The position numbers and the translations under genes were made by a program. 64,000 nt of DNA from Phycisphaerae bacterium (lineage in GTDB: Bacteria > Planctomycetota > Phycisphaerae > UBA1845 > Fen-1342): positions 160,001 to 224,000 of the forward strand of contig CAXXWX010000019.1 of NCBI GenBank assembly GCA_963675745.2, written 5' to 3'. The notes beneath the pieces are model-generated. The model made no database searches and was not told the origin of the DNA. It saw only the letters and a list, made by a program, of their open reading frames with translations. Of this stretch, positions 8,200 through 18,210 are shown piece after piece. Within the stretch, counting starts at the first letter, position 1, and the number at the start of each line of letters is the position of its first letter.

Positions 8200-9352
8200 C
8201 ACTTGCATGTTCGCTGTGACGGCTGTGACGGCTGTGACGCCTAGGGGACCCGGCAGATCAGTAACCACCTCGCTTCCTGGCCTGATCGAGACGTTTATAG
8301 CGCCCGGCGATACCGGTGAGCCAGAGCCGTCACTCCTGTCACATCCGTCACAGATTGGGCTGTGCCAGCGGAGCCAGGCCCGGTGGTGCCGTAGGCCGTC
8401 ATTCCCGTCACCAGCAAAATCACGCCGCAACGACGCCGAAATCATGCCACTCGCCAGACGCTCGATTCAGACACCTGAGCTGTCGTCTGTGACGCGAAGT
8501 TTCCACCATCGTCCCTTGCCAGTTCGTCCCCTGTCGACATCCACGCCCAAACGGCGGAGGTTAGGAGCGAACTCCATCACGCACGTCCCCATTTCCGCGG
8601 GACTCTTGGGCCAGCCTTTCGCGCGGCGAACGGTGGCGTTCGACCAACGGTCGTCGTTCAAGTCCGCCAACAGGCGGCTCGCGCTGCCCTTCCAGTATCG
8701 GATCTTCTCGATCATTCGTCGCAAAGCCACTGCCACTGCCGAACTTTCGAAGACCTGGTTCGCCATCACGTCCCGGTTTCCCTTGTAGGCCTCCTGGAAG
8801 CGGCCCGACTTCCAACCCAGAGCCGGTTCCGCAGCGGTTACCCACCGGGCGACGTCAGCCATTCGTGGCAGCGTGGACAGCTTGACATTGGCTACGTTGG
8901 CGATCGCCGCCGACACAGCGTTGAACAGCGCCCCGAGGATTCCCGGCCGCGCGATCTCGAATGATGCCCACAGCTCCTTTTCGGCCCGCCGTTTCTCATC
9001 CTCCAGAGGCGGCACGGTGATGGAGAGGCAGCGGTCCAGCAGGTCACTGCGTGTCGCCGGATCCGAGATCCCGTTCAACGAGATCGGCCGGGTCGCCTGA
9101 AAGAGCTGCTCGTCCTCGTCGGTGAAAAGCGCTCTCGTGGCGAAGCCGCCGCCGGTTGCGACGCGACACAGCCCGTCTGAGAGCCAAACCGGGATCGAAC
9201 TCAGATTGTCATACGAGAGAACCCACGCGTTATTCGCGGCGATGCAGAGATCACGGAGGCTGCCAGGTGCGGCGCGGACCGGCGAGAATGACGGGTCTAC
9301 CAGAGCACGCAGCATCCGGGCCGCGGTGCTCTTCGTTGAGCCCGGTTCCCCG
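8200..9352 (-). pseudogene. Fragment of phage/integrative-element replication ATPase (primase-helicase-type C-terminal half)
   Basis: Walker-A-like GEPGSTKST just upstream of the ORF-track start, then LVDP, YDNLS, LSDGLCRVATGGGFATRALFTDEDE and LLDR. The N-terminus is missing (stop ~9390). TGA at 8467 is probably premature because the same frame continues into a GDGNDG/CDGCDRSDG tail. Confidence 0.72.
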
Positions 9353-9606
9353 AGCCGTACCGGCCAAGACGACGGCGAAGAAGACGATCAAGCGGCGCAA
9401 GTTCAAAACAACGGCCAACGAACTGATTCTGGCCACTATCAAGAAAGCCGGAGCGAAAGGCGTGACCGGGGGCCCAGCTCAGCAGAGTTTGGAAAGCAAA
9501 CAAGCGATCTGGAGAGGTGTACAAACAACTCGGCCCCCTGGTTCAGGCGAAGAAGATCAAGCGACAGAATATCAGAGGCGGACGAGGAAGCGTTTATACG
9601 CTGTGA
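9352..9606 (+). pseudogene. Headless remnant of a small Lys/Arg-rich DNA-binding-like protein
   Basis: Removing one G in GGGGG (9468-9472) gives AKTTAKKTIKRRKFKTTANELILATIKKAGAKGVTGAQLSRVWKANKRSGEVYKQLGPLVQAKKIKRQNIRGGRGSVYTL*. No start codon found. Confidence 0.55.
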
Positions 9607-10243
9607 AGATCGGTTAGGTTTGTGTCGCCAGCGGTGGGCGGCGAGCAAGTCGCCGCATCTCGATCCGAGGTTGTGGGTCGGGGCGCGCAATAGTGGGCAT
9701 GCCCGAATGGCTGGCTCGATGTAATTCCACCGGAAGCCGACGTGCTGACCTCAACGCGGCTCGACATGCGGCCAGTCGGCGACGGCGCTGCAGTTTTTCA
9801 CCGGCGGCCATGGCGACCCAAACCTATGACCCAAACTCGAACGCGAAGCCCCCGTACGGCGTCAAAAACGCGGATTTTAGCCCCCCTGGGCAATTTCGAA
9901 ACCGGCCCCCTTCAGCCACTCGGGCACCTCTCCAGGTCGATTAGACATATCTACCAGCGGTGAGCCGCCGCAGGTCGGCGCACTCGGCCGGGTTACCCAA
10001 TCAGGGCGCGAATACACCGGGATCGAGATCGATACGATTCATCGCACGCCCGCGTCGATCGCCGGGATTCGATGGCGGTGTCAGCCTGGCGAGCCATCAC
10101 CCGCGCCGTTCACCATCCACGCCGCAAGACACCGAGTTTATTTCAGATCCAGGCGCGAAGCAAGTCACACGTGTGTCGGCCCGTGACGACGGCGCGGTGA
10201 CAGCACCGGCGGAAATTCCGCGTCCGTGTTCTCCAAGTTATTC

Positions 10244-10360
10244 GCCCTGCAGGGGACGACCGAAAGCTCAGCCGTCCCAGTGGGACTCGGTTTTCACGTG
10301 GCTACGATTGCCCCAGCACTTCGTGCTTGGCTATGTTCATTGCGTCCCTAATGCGGGACG
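10244..10360. repeat. REP-like composite palindrome
   Basis: GTCCC-AGT-GGGAC, CCCAGCAC-TTC-GTGCTTGG and CGTCCC-TAATGC-GGGACG hairpins in series in intergenic DNA. Confidence 0.6.
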
Positions 10361-10578
10361 GCATGGCTACGATCCGCAGATTGTGTCACGGATGCCGTGG
10401 CGGTGACGATACTCGCTCAGCGCGTGTGTGTACGCCCGCCTGGACGCGGTTTGCCGGCTCCTGGTTCGCCGCGCGAACCTGTGGCTGTGGCGAGGCTGTC
10501 GCGGCACAGAACACATCCCACGGCTCGCCAGCGGCCGCGGCGCCGGGGGCGGATTGGCGGCCAGCGATTTGCCACGGA

Positions 10579-10587
10579 TGCTATAAT
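10579..10587 (+). promoter_or_regulatory. Extended -10 promoter TG-C-TATAAT
   Basis: Exact TGnTATAAT about 30 nt upstream of ATG 10618, which has a GGGGAG RBS. Confidence 0.6.
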
Positions 10588-10617
10588 ATCCGGGTTGAGT
10601 CATCAGGCTGGGGAGTG

Positions 10618-11050
10618 ATGCGGCAGGCGATAGACATCGGCCTTGAGCGGTTGAGGGGGGCCTGGCAGCGCGTCAGGGGACGCCTGCCGGTTGTGCGCGC
10701 CGATTGGGAGGCGCGGGGCCGAGGTGCTCGCCGTCGCCCGGGGCGCACCGGCGAACGGTCATCGTCGGCGGGGGCGCGCTGTTGGCGGCGATCATTCTCG
10801 TCGTCATAGCGGCGACATGGACCGCGCGGGCGTTTCGGTCCGCCCGCCCCCTCGCCCGTGGTGACGCGCGAAGGGGGAGTGGCGCTATCTGGTGGTTTGT
10901 GATAAGTGCAAGCGGCGAACGTACTTCGCCCAGCACCCGGCAACCGTGCTTCCCGCGCGTGGACCGCTGCTCAAATGCGAGCAGTGCGGGCAGTTCAGCG
11001 CTGCATGGTATCGGCGTGGCAGCATGGCGGTGCCGCCCGGCGGGTGGTGA
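10618..11050 (+). CDS. Single-TM protein with C-terminal zinc ribbon (~142 aa; split by about 4 apparent frameshifts)
   Basis: Reconstructed across frames: [12 protein letters not shown]...[21 protein letters not shown]...[19 protein letters not shown]...[27 protein letters not shown]. Ends 17 nt before the prepilin gene. Confidence 0.65.
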
Positions 11051-11067
11051 ATCGTCCGGAGGAACTA

Positions 11068-12107
11068 ATGTCAGTGCGAATGGTTCGCCGTGGGTTCACG
11101 CTGATCGAGTTGCTGACGGTGGTTGCGATTATCGCACTGCTGGTCTCGATCCTGCTGCCGAGCATGTCGCGGGCGCGCGAGCAGGCCAAGCGCGTTTATT
11201 GTTCGTCGAATCTGCGGAGCATCGGCCAGGCCGCGCTGGCATATGCGAACGAGGACGAACACGAGCTGTTAATCCCCATTCATCAGTCGATGGTCACGTA
11301 CAAACCCAGCTCCGATTACTGGCTCTGGCGCACGGCGATGTGGGTTTTCGTTCGGCGGTCGCTCAGCACCAGAATCGTTCCTGACCAACCAGGGGCCGCG
11401 TGAGTTGGGACAGGACGAGCATTGGACAGCCCAGACGCGCCCGCTTAACCAGTTCATCTTCAAAACCGTTTACGAGGCGGACGCGCGCGAGCTGAAGCTC
11501 TATCGTTGCCCGTCCGATCGAGGCTACCCCGATCACCCTGACATCGATGATTCGCCGATCGAGAATGCGGGGCGGAGGTGTTACGACACGCTGGGGAGCA
11601 GCTACCGCGCGAGTCTTTACGGCATATTCCCCGGGCCGGCGACCGGGTATGACGGAGCCTTTGCGATCGGCCCCTGGGGGCACAGCCTGTCCTCCATCCC
11701 GCAGCCATCGATGGTAGCGGCGTTTGGCGAGCCGTCTTTTTTCAACATGATCGGTCAGGGACAACGGCACGGTGAATCCGGACCCGGTGATCGCGATCGG
11801 CTGGCACAAGCAGTGGATGGTGGACAACCTGGTATTCTGTGACGGGTCGTCCAAGCCGACGCGCGCGACGGGCCACGAGTCAATCATGGACGAAGTGGTC
11901 AACGCGCGCATGGAAGTCGGACGGAATTGGGATTTGATTTCGCGCGGTCCGGGTTGGCGTTTTGACCTGTGGCCGACGCCGGGAGCCCGGATCTGGGCGC
12001 ACGACCCCGAGAGTCAATTCTGGAACGCGCCGTATACGGATCAGCCGGATGAGCGTTGGCGCCATTGGCCGTTTGTCGGTGCTCAAGACAATCGGAGCGG
12101 CGTCTGA
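11068..12107 (+). CDS. Prepilin-type N-terminal cleavage/methylation (DUF1559-like) protein with two apparent frameshifts
   Basis: [51 protein letters not shown]...NLVFCDG. Deleting one G at 11342-44 and one at 11758-60 joins three ORF-track pieces. GGAGG RBS. Confidence 0.85.
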
Positions 12108-12647
12108 GAGCGAGGGGGGGACGCCGCACGGCGTCGTGAATCTCCTGAGAAATGAGTGGTGTGCGAGGTCGTCAGTCGGCTGACCACGACCCCATCTGGC
12201 TGTTGGCACCACGATTTGGCTTGACCGGGCCGGATCAGATCATCGCGGGGGACGATGACCAAACGACCAGCGTCACAAGCAAGGCCGTCACTACTCCCCA
12301 AAGCAAGGCGGTCAGGCGGCCGCCCCACTCAAGTTCGCTTCGAGTAAACGGCGTCGCGAAGATTCGCGGGAGCATTATCATGCCTCCGCGCCCAGGATCA
12401 CGAATTCGTAATACTGGGTGATGACACAAACCAGCTCATATACGAGCCCTGTGATGGTGGCGAACATATCACACCTTCCGCTTCCATCCGAAGCTCCGCC
12501 ATCTGGATTTGTCCAGTTAGGCTATCGGTGACATAGGGTGAGCACCTTAATAGCGCTGCGGCAAAAACATGCCGGCGCAGCGTGTTTAACGCACCCTTAA
12601 TGGCGATTGCGGATGGAACAGGTGGGCAATGGTGGTGGCGGGAGGGG

Positions 12648-13827
12648 CTATTTGATCTCGGTCATCCGGACCGCGCAGCGATTCTTCGCGGAGATCAGGG
12701 GCGGCCTCGAGGACACGCTGGGTCTCGTACGCGTCAGCGAAGTCCGGCAGAGGAATGGTCGGCTCTTCGCCGCCCAGGACCGCCATCATGTCGGCGACCA
12801 TGTTTACGAAGGTGTGTTCGTAACCGATTACGTGCGCATCGGGCCACCACGCGCCGGCGTAGGGGTGGTTGCCGGCCGAGGTACACATGATACGACGCCA
12901 GCCGGCTTCCTGCTCATCGTCCTCGGCGTTATAGAACCAGAGGATGTTCATGTCCTCGAATGAGAACTTGAGCGCGCCTTTTTCGCCGTTGATCTCAATC
13001 GTATTGGCGTTCTGGTTGCCGGTGGCCAGGCGCGAGGCTTCGAACGAGGCCACGCCGCCACCTTGCAGCTTGGCCAGAAACAGCACGGTGTCGTCAACAT
13101 CCACCTTGGCCCTGGTCGGCCGACGACGGCGACCGCCCGGCTTGCCGGTCGGCGTCGGCAGAAAACGCTCGGTAACAAACGTCTCCGAGATCGCGCCGCT
13201 GACCTCGGTGACTTCCAATCCGCTGATGAAGCGCGCCATGTCGACGATGTGAGCGTTCAGGTCGCCATGCGCACCGGAGCCGGCGTATTTCTTCTGAAAC
13301 CGCCACACGTGCGGCACGTCGGGTGTGCCCCAGCTTTGCAGATAGCACGCGCGGATGTGATATATGCGCCCCAGACGGCCATCTTTCACGAACTGGTGGG
13401 CCAGCGCAACGGCGGGACAACGACGGTGGTTGTACCAGACAAACGTGTTGCATTTGCGCGAGCGGGAGGCGGCGTTCTTCATCTGCCGCGCTTCCTTGAG
13501 AGTGCCGGCCAGCGGCTTTTCGCACGCCACGTGCTTGCCGGCTGACAATGACGCCAGCGCCAGCTCGGCATGGTTGTAGTTGGGGGTCGAGATGTCGACC
13601 AGGTCGATATCAGAGTCCTTCAGGGCTTCCTTCCAAGAGGTGTTGTAGCTTTTCCAGCCCCAACGGTCGGCAAACGGGGCCAGGGCAATCAGATCGCGGC
13701 CGACTATGGTGTGCATCACCGGTTTGAGCGGCAGGTTGAAGAACCGTGGAGCTTTCAGATAGGCATTACTGTGAGCGCGCCCCATGAACTTCTGACCGAT
13801 CAAAGCGATGTTGCAGACGCTGGACAT
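12648..13827 (-). CDS. Gfo/Idh/MocA-family oxidoreductase (one apparent frameshift near the 3' end)
   Basis: IGQKFMGRAHSNAY, STPN..H, CEKPLA, GAHGDLNAHIVD, WWPDAHVIGYEH. Deleting one base of the run at 12698-12701 restores EAALISAKNRCAVRMTEIK*. Confidence 0.9.
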
Positions 13828-14053
13828 GCGCTCTCCTTCGCTGCGAAGGCCCCTTTTGCTCCGGCGAAATGGTATACAGAACCCGGCGACGCTTCGCAAG
13901 TCCTTGTCAGTAAAGCAAATCGGATTTTGGAGGCAGGCTGGCGCGCCTGATGAAAGTCGAGCCGCGCGACGCGCGCTGAGCCGCCGATCGCGCTGTTGCG
14001 CGATCCGGCGCTGGAGCATCGCGCGCGCCCGCGCGCGACGCCGAGTTCCAATG

Positions 14054-14554
14054 CTAGCCCTCGAGATTCAGCGCGGACACTCGCTCCCCCTCACCGCCGG
14101 ATGAGCGCGAGTCCCCGTTCCGGGAGCCGCTCGAAGATGACGACGGCCTTCCGTCCTCGGAGACCGTGGCCTCTTTGGCGATCTTCTTCACGATCAACGT
14201 CCACGTCTCGCGCTGGTGCTTCAGGATTCGGATGGCGTCGTCGAGCGCGTTGAGTTCTCGACGGATGTTGGCATCGACCAGCCGCATGTAGCAGTAGTTG
14301 TACAGCGCGGTCATCTGATCGGCGACCTCGGGGTTCACGTCGCGGTTCAGGCCGGCGGACAGTTGAAGGCATATCCGCTGGGCGCGATCGAGGCTGTTGA
14401 AACTCGCCTCATAGTCACCGTCCGCGAGGGCCTGGCGGCCCTTCAGCGCAAAACGGACCGCCCCGTCAAGCAGCATGACCTGCAACTGCGCGGGGCTCGC
14501 CGTCAGGACGGCGTTCCTGAGATACTCCTGCGATGCGTTGGCCGTTTGCTTCAT
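14054..14554 (-). CDS. fliS: Flagellar export chaperone FliS
   Basis: YLRNAVLTASPAQLQVMLLDGAVRF, LYNYCYMRLVDAN, RETW. Lies downstream of fliD. Confidence 0.92.
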   Translation of the reverse strand: MKQTANASQEYLRNAVLTASPAQLQVMLLDGAVRFALKGRQALADGDYEASFNSLDRAQRICLQLSAGLNRDVNPEVADQMTALYNYCYMRLVDANIRRELNALDDAIRILKHQRETWTLIVKKIAKEATVSEDGRPSSSSSGSRNGDSRSSGGEGERVSALNLEG

Positions 14555-14653
14555 GCGGTCATATCGGTCCAAGTGAGGTCGGCGTTCAATACCGCGCACG
14601 CGGGCCGACGGTCACCGTGTTTGCCGTCGGGGGTCGCGCGTGTTCGGTCACAG

Positions 14654-17600
14654 TTAGCTACTCGTGCTCGACGTGCGTGTCGTGAATGACGCCGCGATGC
14701 TGGCCAACTGGCTCAGTGCGGTTTGCTGTGACTGCATCGCGGCCAGGGCTTGCTCCATCGCAATGAACTGGTTCGTCAGCCGTTCACGTTTGCGATCCAG
14801 TAGTTCTGTGAGCGCGTCGGCTCGGTTCGTGAGCGACTCGGCCTGATCATCGAGGGCCTCGTCACGCCGATCGATCAGCCCGTCCGTGTCAGTGATGGCC
14901 TTGATGGCCTCTTCGAGGTCGGCGGCGCGTCCGATCTCGGAGTCGCTGAAGAAGCGTTCGACTCCGAGCGGGTCGGCCTCGTATGCCTCACGGAAGGCGG
15001 TTTCGTCGAACTCGAGCGTGCCGCCGTTGCCGAGCGTGATGCCGAGATCCGACAAGCGGGAGATGGAACCCGCGCTGCCGGTCGCGGTGCTTTGGATCAT
15101 GTCGTACAGTCGGTTGTCGATCGAGCGGGCGGTGCCGTCGCCGTGCAGTATTGCGGCCTGCTCCGTCTCGGTGTCGAACTCCATCAGCTCGCCGACGCGT
15201 TTGGTGGCGGCGTTGAAATCACTGACGAAACCACCCACCGCCGTCACGACGCGCTCGATGTCGGTGCCGACGGTAACGGTCACCGGCTCATCGCTGACGT
15301 TGCTGACGTTCAGGGTCATGCCGTCGACGACGTTTGAGAAGGTGTTGGTGCTGCTGGTCAGCAGCAATCCGCCATCGGCGCCGTCGCCGAGCAGAATGCT
15401 CGCGTCGCGCGCCTGGGTCAAGGCGGAGAATCCCAGGCCGGTCTGCCCGGCGTCAACGATCAGTTCCCCGGCCGCCCCGGTAACTGTCGATTTGATGCTA
15501 AGGCGATACGGCGCGATGCTGGTCCCATCATTGAACACACTGGCAGTTGCCGACGAGGCGTTATCGTTGATCTCGGCGGCGATTTCCTCGAGAGTTTCAT
15601 GGCCGCTGAGCTCCAGGTTGAATTCGAGCGAGCCGTCGATCTGTCCGTCATCGCTTTCACCGGCGATGTTGAGATTGCGCGCCACCAGGCCGTCTTCATC
15701 CTCAATGATCAGTGGCAGTTCTCCGCCGCTGGAATCGATGATGACAATCCCGTCGCCGGTGTCGTTGATGCGGGCCTGGATGGAGTCCGGCGTGGCCTTG
15801 TTTATTTCGGTGAGAACGTCCTGGATGGTCGTGATGGAGGAGCTGTAGAGACTCACCGTGGACGCGAAGCCGGTTCCCGAAGTGATCTTTATCTTACCCT
15901 GCCCGACGCCTTGCCCGGCGTTCAATTCGGACAGCAAGGTGCCCTCGGAAATGTACCGTCGCTGCAAGTTGACGCTCTGGATCGTGTCACCGGTCTGGGC
16001 GATGCCCATGGCGGTCGCAAAGCTGTCGTCGCCGACATCGCTGATAGTGATCGGCGAATCGTCGAGCATGTTCGAAAACTCGACACGCAGGCCGGTGGAG
16101 TCGTATCCGACGTCGATACCCAGCGTGTCCGCCTGGGCGTTGATCAGCTCAATGACATCGCGCAGCGTCTGGGCCTGCGTGGCATCGATGGTTGCGATCT
16201 GACCGTTGGCTTCAATCTGAAAGATGCCACCGACGAAACCCTGCCCGCCGTTGAGCGAGGAAAGCAGAACCGTGTTGATGCCGCCGGCCACGCGGCGTCC
16301 GGTGACGGTCTCCCCATGCGTATACGTGCCTTCCTGCAAACCAAGATCGGCCAGCGCGTGCGAGTATTCGCCGGCGATGAGGTCGAAGGTCGCGTGCGTG
16401 CCATCCGTGCCATCGATGAGTTCGATGTGCCGGCCGTCATCTGAAAGCTGTGCCTGGAAATACGGCACGTCGCTGTCCGCTGCGAAGTTGGATTCGGCGA
16501 AATTGATCGCCGCCAGCGCGTCGCCGAGCGTGTCCATGTGCAGAATGCCGTCACCGGTCAGCTTGTCGCTATCGGCGGTGCCGGCGATGCCGAGGTCACG
16601 CGCGGCGTGCGTGTCGCCGACGTCTTCAATGGAGAACTCGTAGCGCGAGGGATCATCTTCGTCGAGGGGTTCGGAGGCGTCGATGATGTTGATGTGGTTG
16701 TCGGACATGACGAAGGTGATGCGGTTGTCGCCCGTTTCGGACTCCCTGGTGGCGTCCTCGATGAGCGTTTTCACATCGCCGATTGTGCGGGCCCCGGACA
16801 GGTCGATCTCGGTTGAGAACCCGTCGCGCGTTGAGATGCGGATGGTGCCGAGGTCCACGCCGGTGCCGTGATTGAGGCGTTCAAGGCGTGTGCTGGACTT
16901 TACGAAGACGCTCATATCCACCGCGACCTCGATGGTATCGGCGCCGCCCTCGCCGCCGGCGCGGATGGTGAAGTCGCTTCCACCGCGTGAGCGCCCCAGT
17001 CCCAGCCCCCCGCTCAAGGCCTTCAGCGGCGAGTTTTCGGTAAGGTACGTCAGCTCGGTGCCGGCCAGTTGTCCGGTACCGAAGGTGGTCTCACCGAAGC
17101 CGAGGTCGGCGGCGGTCTGGCCGCCATCAACCTCGCGGATACGGATCTGGCCGCCGGTGTCCTCGGTCAACAGCAGGTGGTCGCCCTCGATGGCCGCCGT
17201 GATGTCGACGTCGGCGGCGTTGATGCTGTCGATGATGTCGTCAAGCGAGCGAGCGCCGCTCGTGCTGATCGTGGCCTGATTGCCGGCGGCATCGGTCAGG
17301 GTAAACGAGCCCGCCCGCACGCCCGCATAGCCGTTGAGCTCATCCAGGCTGGTTGTGAAGTTGGCCCGGGCGCTGGCTGACTCGATGGTCAACTGGCCGG
17401 CGGGGATGGGCGTGTGCAGACTGTTGAAGCCGCGGCTGACAAGCTGGTGGCTTGAGGCCAGTGAATTGACGCGAAATGTGTACGATCCGGGGGCCACGCC
17501 GTCGTTCGTGGAAACGGACAAGACGTCGGGCGCTGAGGAGGTGCTCGTCGTGCCCTGGAAAAAAGTGGAGTTCTTCAGCGACGAAATGCGCGAGAGCATG

Positions 17601-17770
17601 GCGCTGATACGCGCAGAAATCTCCGCAAAGGCCGTCTTTTGCGCGTTGATCAGGCCGACCCGCTCCAGCAGGCGGTCGCGGGGTTGCGCTTCAATCGACA
17701 TCAACTGGTCGACGAGCGTTCCGTAGTCAATGCCGGACATAAGCCCGACACCTGAGGTGATGCTGCCCAC
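14654..17770 (-). CDS. fliD: Flagellar filament cap protein FliD (long form, 1038 aa)
   Basis: GLMSGIDYGTLVDQLMSIE N-terminus, SSTNTFSNVVDGMTL, LSDLGIT..GTLEFDE and QFIAMEQALAAMQSQ C-terminus. Confidence 0.93.
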   Translation of the reverse strand: MGSITSGVGLMSGIDYGTLVDQLMSIEAQPRDRLLERVGLINAQKTAFAEISARISAMLSRISSLKNSTFFQGTTSTSSAPDVLSVSTNDGVAPGSYTFRVNSLASSHQLVSRGFNSLHTPIPAGQLTIESASARANFTTSLDELNGYAGVRAGSFTLTDAAGNQATISTSGARSLDDIIDSINAADVDITAAIEGDHLLLTEDTGGQIRIREVDGGQTAADLGFGETTFGTGQLAGTELTYLTENSPLKALSGGLGLGRSRGGSDFTIRAGGEGGADTIEVAVDMSVFVKSSTRLERLNHGTGVDLGTIRISTRDGFSTEIDLSGARTIGDVKTLIEDATRESETGDNRITFVMSDNHINIIDASEPLDEDDPSRYEFSIEDVGDTHAARDLGIAGTADSDKLTGDGILHMDTLGDALAAINFAESNFAADSDVPYFQAQLSDDGRHIELIDGTDGTHATFDLIAGEYSHALADLGLQEGTYTHGETVTGRRVAGGINTVLLSSLNGGQGFVGGIFQIEANGQIATIDATQAQTLRDVIELINAQADTLGIDVGYDSTGLRVEFSNMLDDSPITISDVGDDSFATAMGIAQTGDTIQSVNLQRRYISEGTLLSELNAGQGVGQGKIKITSGTGFASTVSLYSSSITTIQDVLTEINKATPDSIQARINDTGDGIVIIDSSGGELPLIIEDEDGLVARNLNIAGESDDGQIDGSLEFNLELSGHETLEEIAAEINDNASSATASVFNDGTSIAPYRLSIKSTVTGAAGELIVDAGQTGLGFSALTQARDASILLGDGADGGLLLTSSTNTFSNVVDGMTLNVSNVSDEPVTVTVGTDIERVVTAVGGFVSDFNAATKRVGELMEFDTETEQAAILHGDGTARSIDNRLYDMIQSTATGSAGSISRLSDLGITLGNGGTLEFDETAFREAYEADPLGVERFFSDSEIGRAADLEEAIKAITDTDGLIDRRDEALDDQAESLTNRADALTELLDRKRERLTNQFIAMEQALAAMQSQQTALSQLASIAASFTTRTSSTSS

Positions 17771-17914
17771 TTCATGCCTCCCAGGGACGCAGTGGTTGCC
17801 GATGGTCGCGCGGTGCGCCGGCTTTCAGCATGCAAGGTGGGTGCCAGGCCACGCCGCCGGCGTGTGTCTCATAACCTGTCGCGCCTGGCTGCACCCACGG
17901 CGCAGTCAGGCGGT

Positions 17915-17942
17915 GCATCGGCGCTCTCGCCGTGCCGCTTGA
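17915..17942 (-). promoter_or_regulatory. sigma28 (FliA)-like promoter for fliD-fliS
   Basis: TCAAG-N15-GCCGATGC about 145 nt upstream of fliD. The spacer is 1 nt longer than the enteric consensus. Confidence 0.5.
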
Positions 17943-18210
17943 GTAAGCCGCACCCGGACGATCGAGCAACGCCAGTTGTGACTCGGGCCATCAATGTAAC
18001 GGCCTGCGCCCCGCAGGCCGCGGGGCCGCGGAAACACCGTCGCGCGCCGATGGCCTGCGACGTACGTGCCTCTACCGGGCTTCTGCACGACGCCGTTAGA
18101 AAGGACGCCGGTTTTCCGAGTTGCGACTGCTTGCGTGGCGCGGGACACTGCTGACATGGTCGGCTTCGGGTAAACGATCGAACGCCATCAGTCACAGGAA
18201 GGGGGCTGGT

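Noticed and set aside
9614..9920. Short minus-strand ORF and G/C-run region resembling a phage packaging region
   Set aside because: No recognisable terminase or HNH motif. May belong to the relic but cannot be supported.
12110..12430. Possible small membrane protein on the minus strand (LTALLWGVVTALLVTLVV)
   Set aside because: It lies in the frameshift-prone zone and no unique reconstruction or family motif was found.
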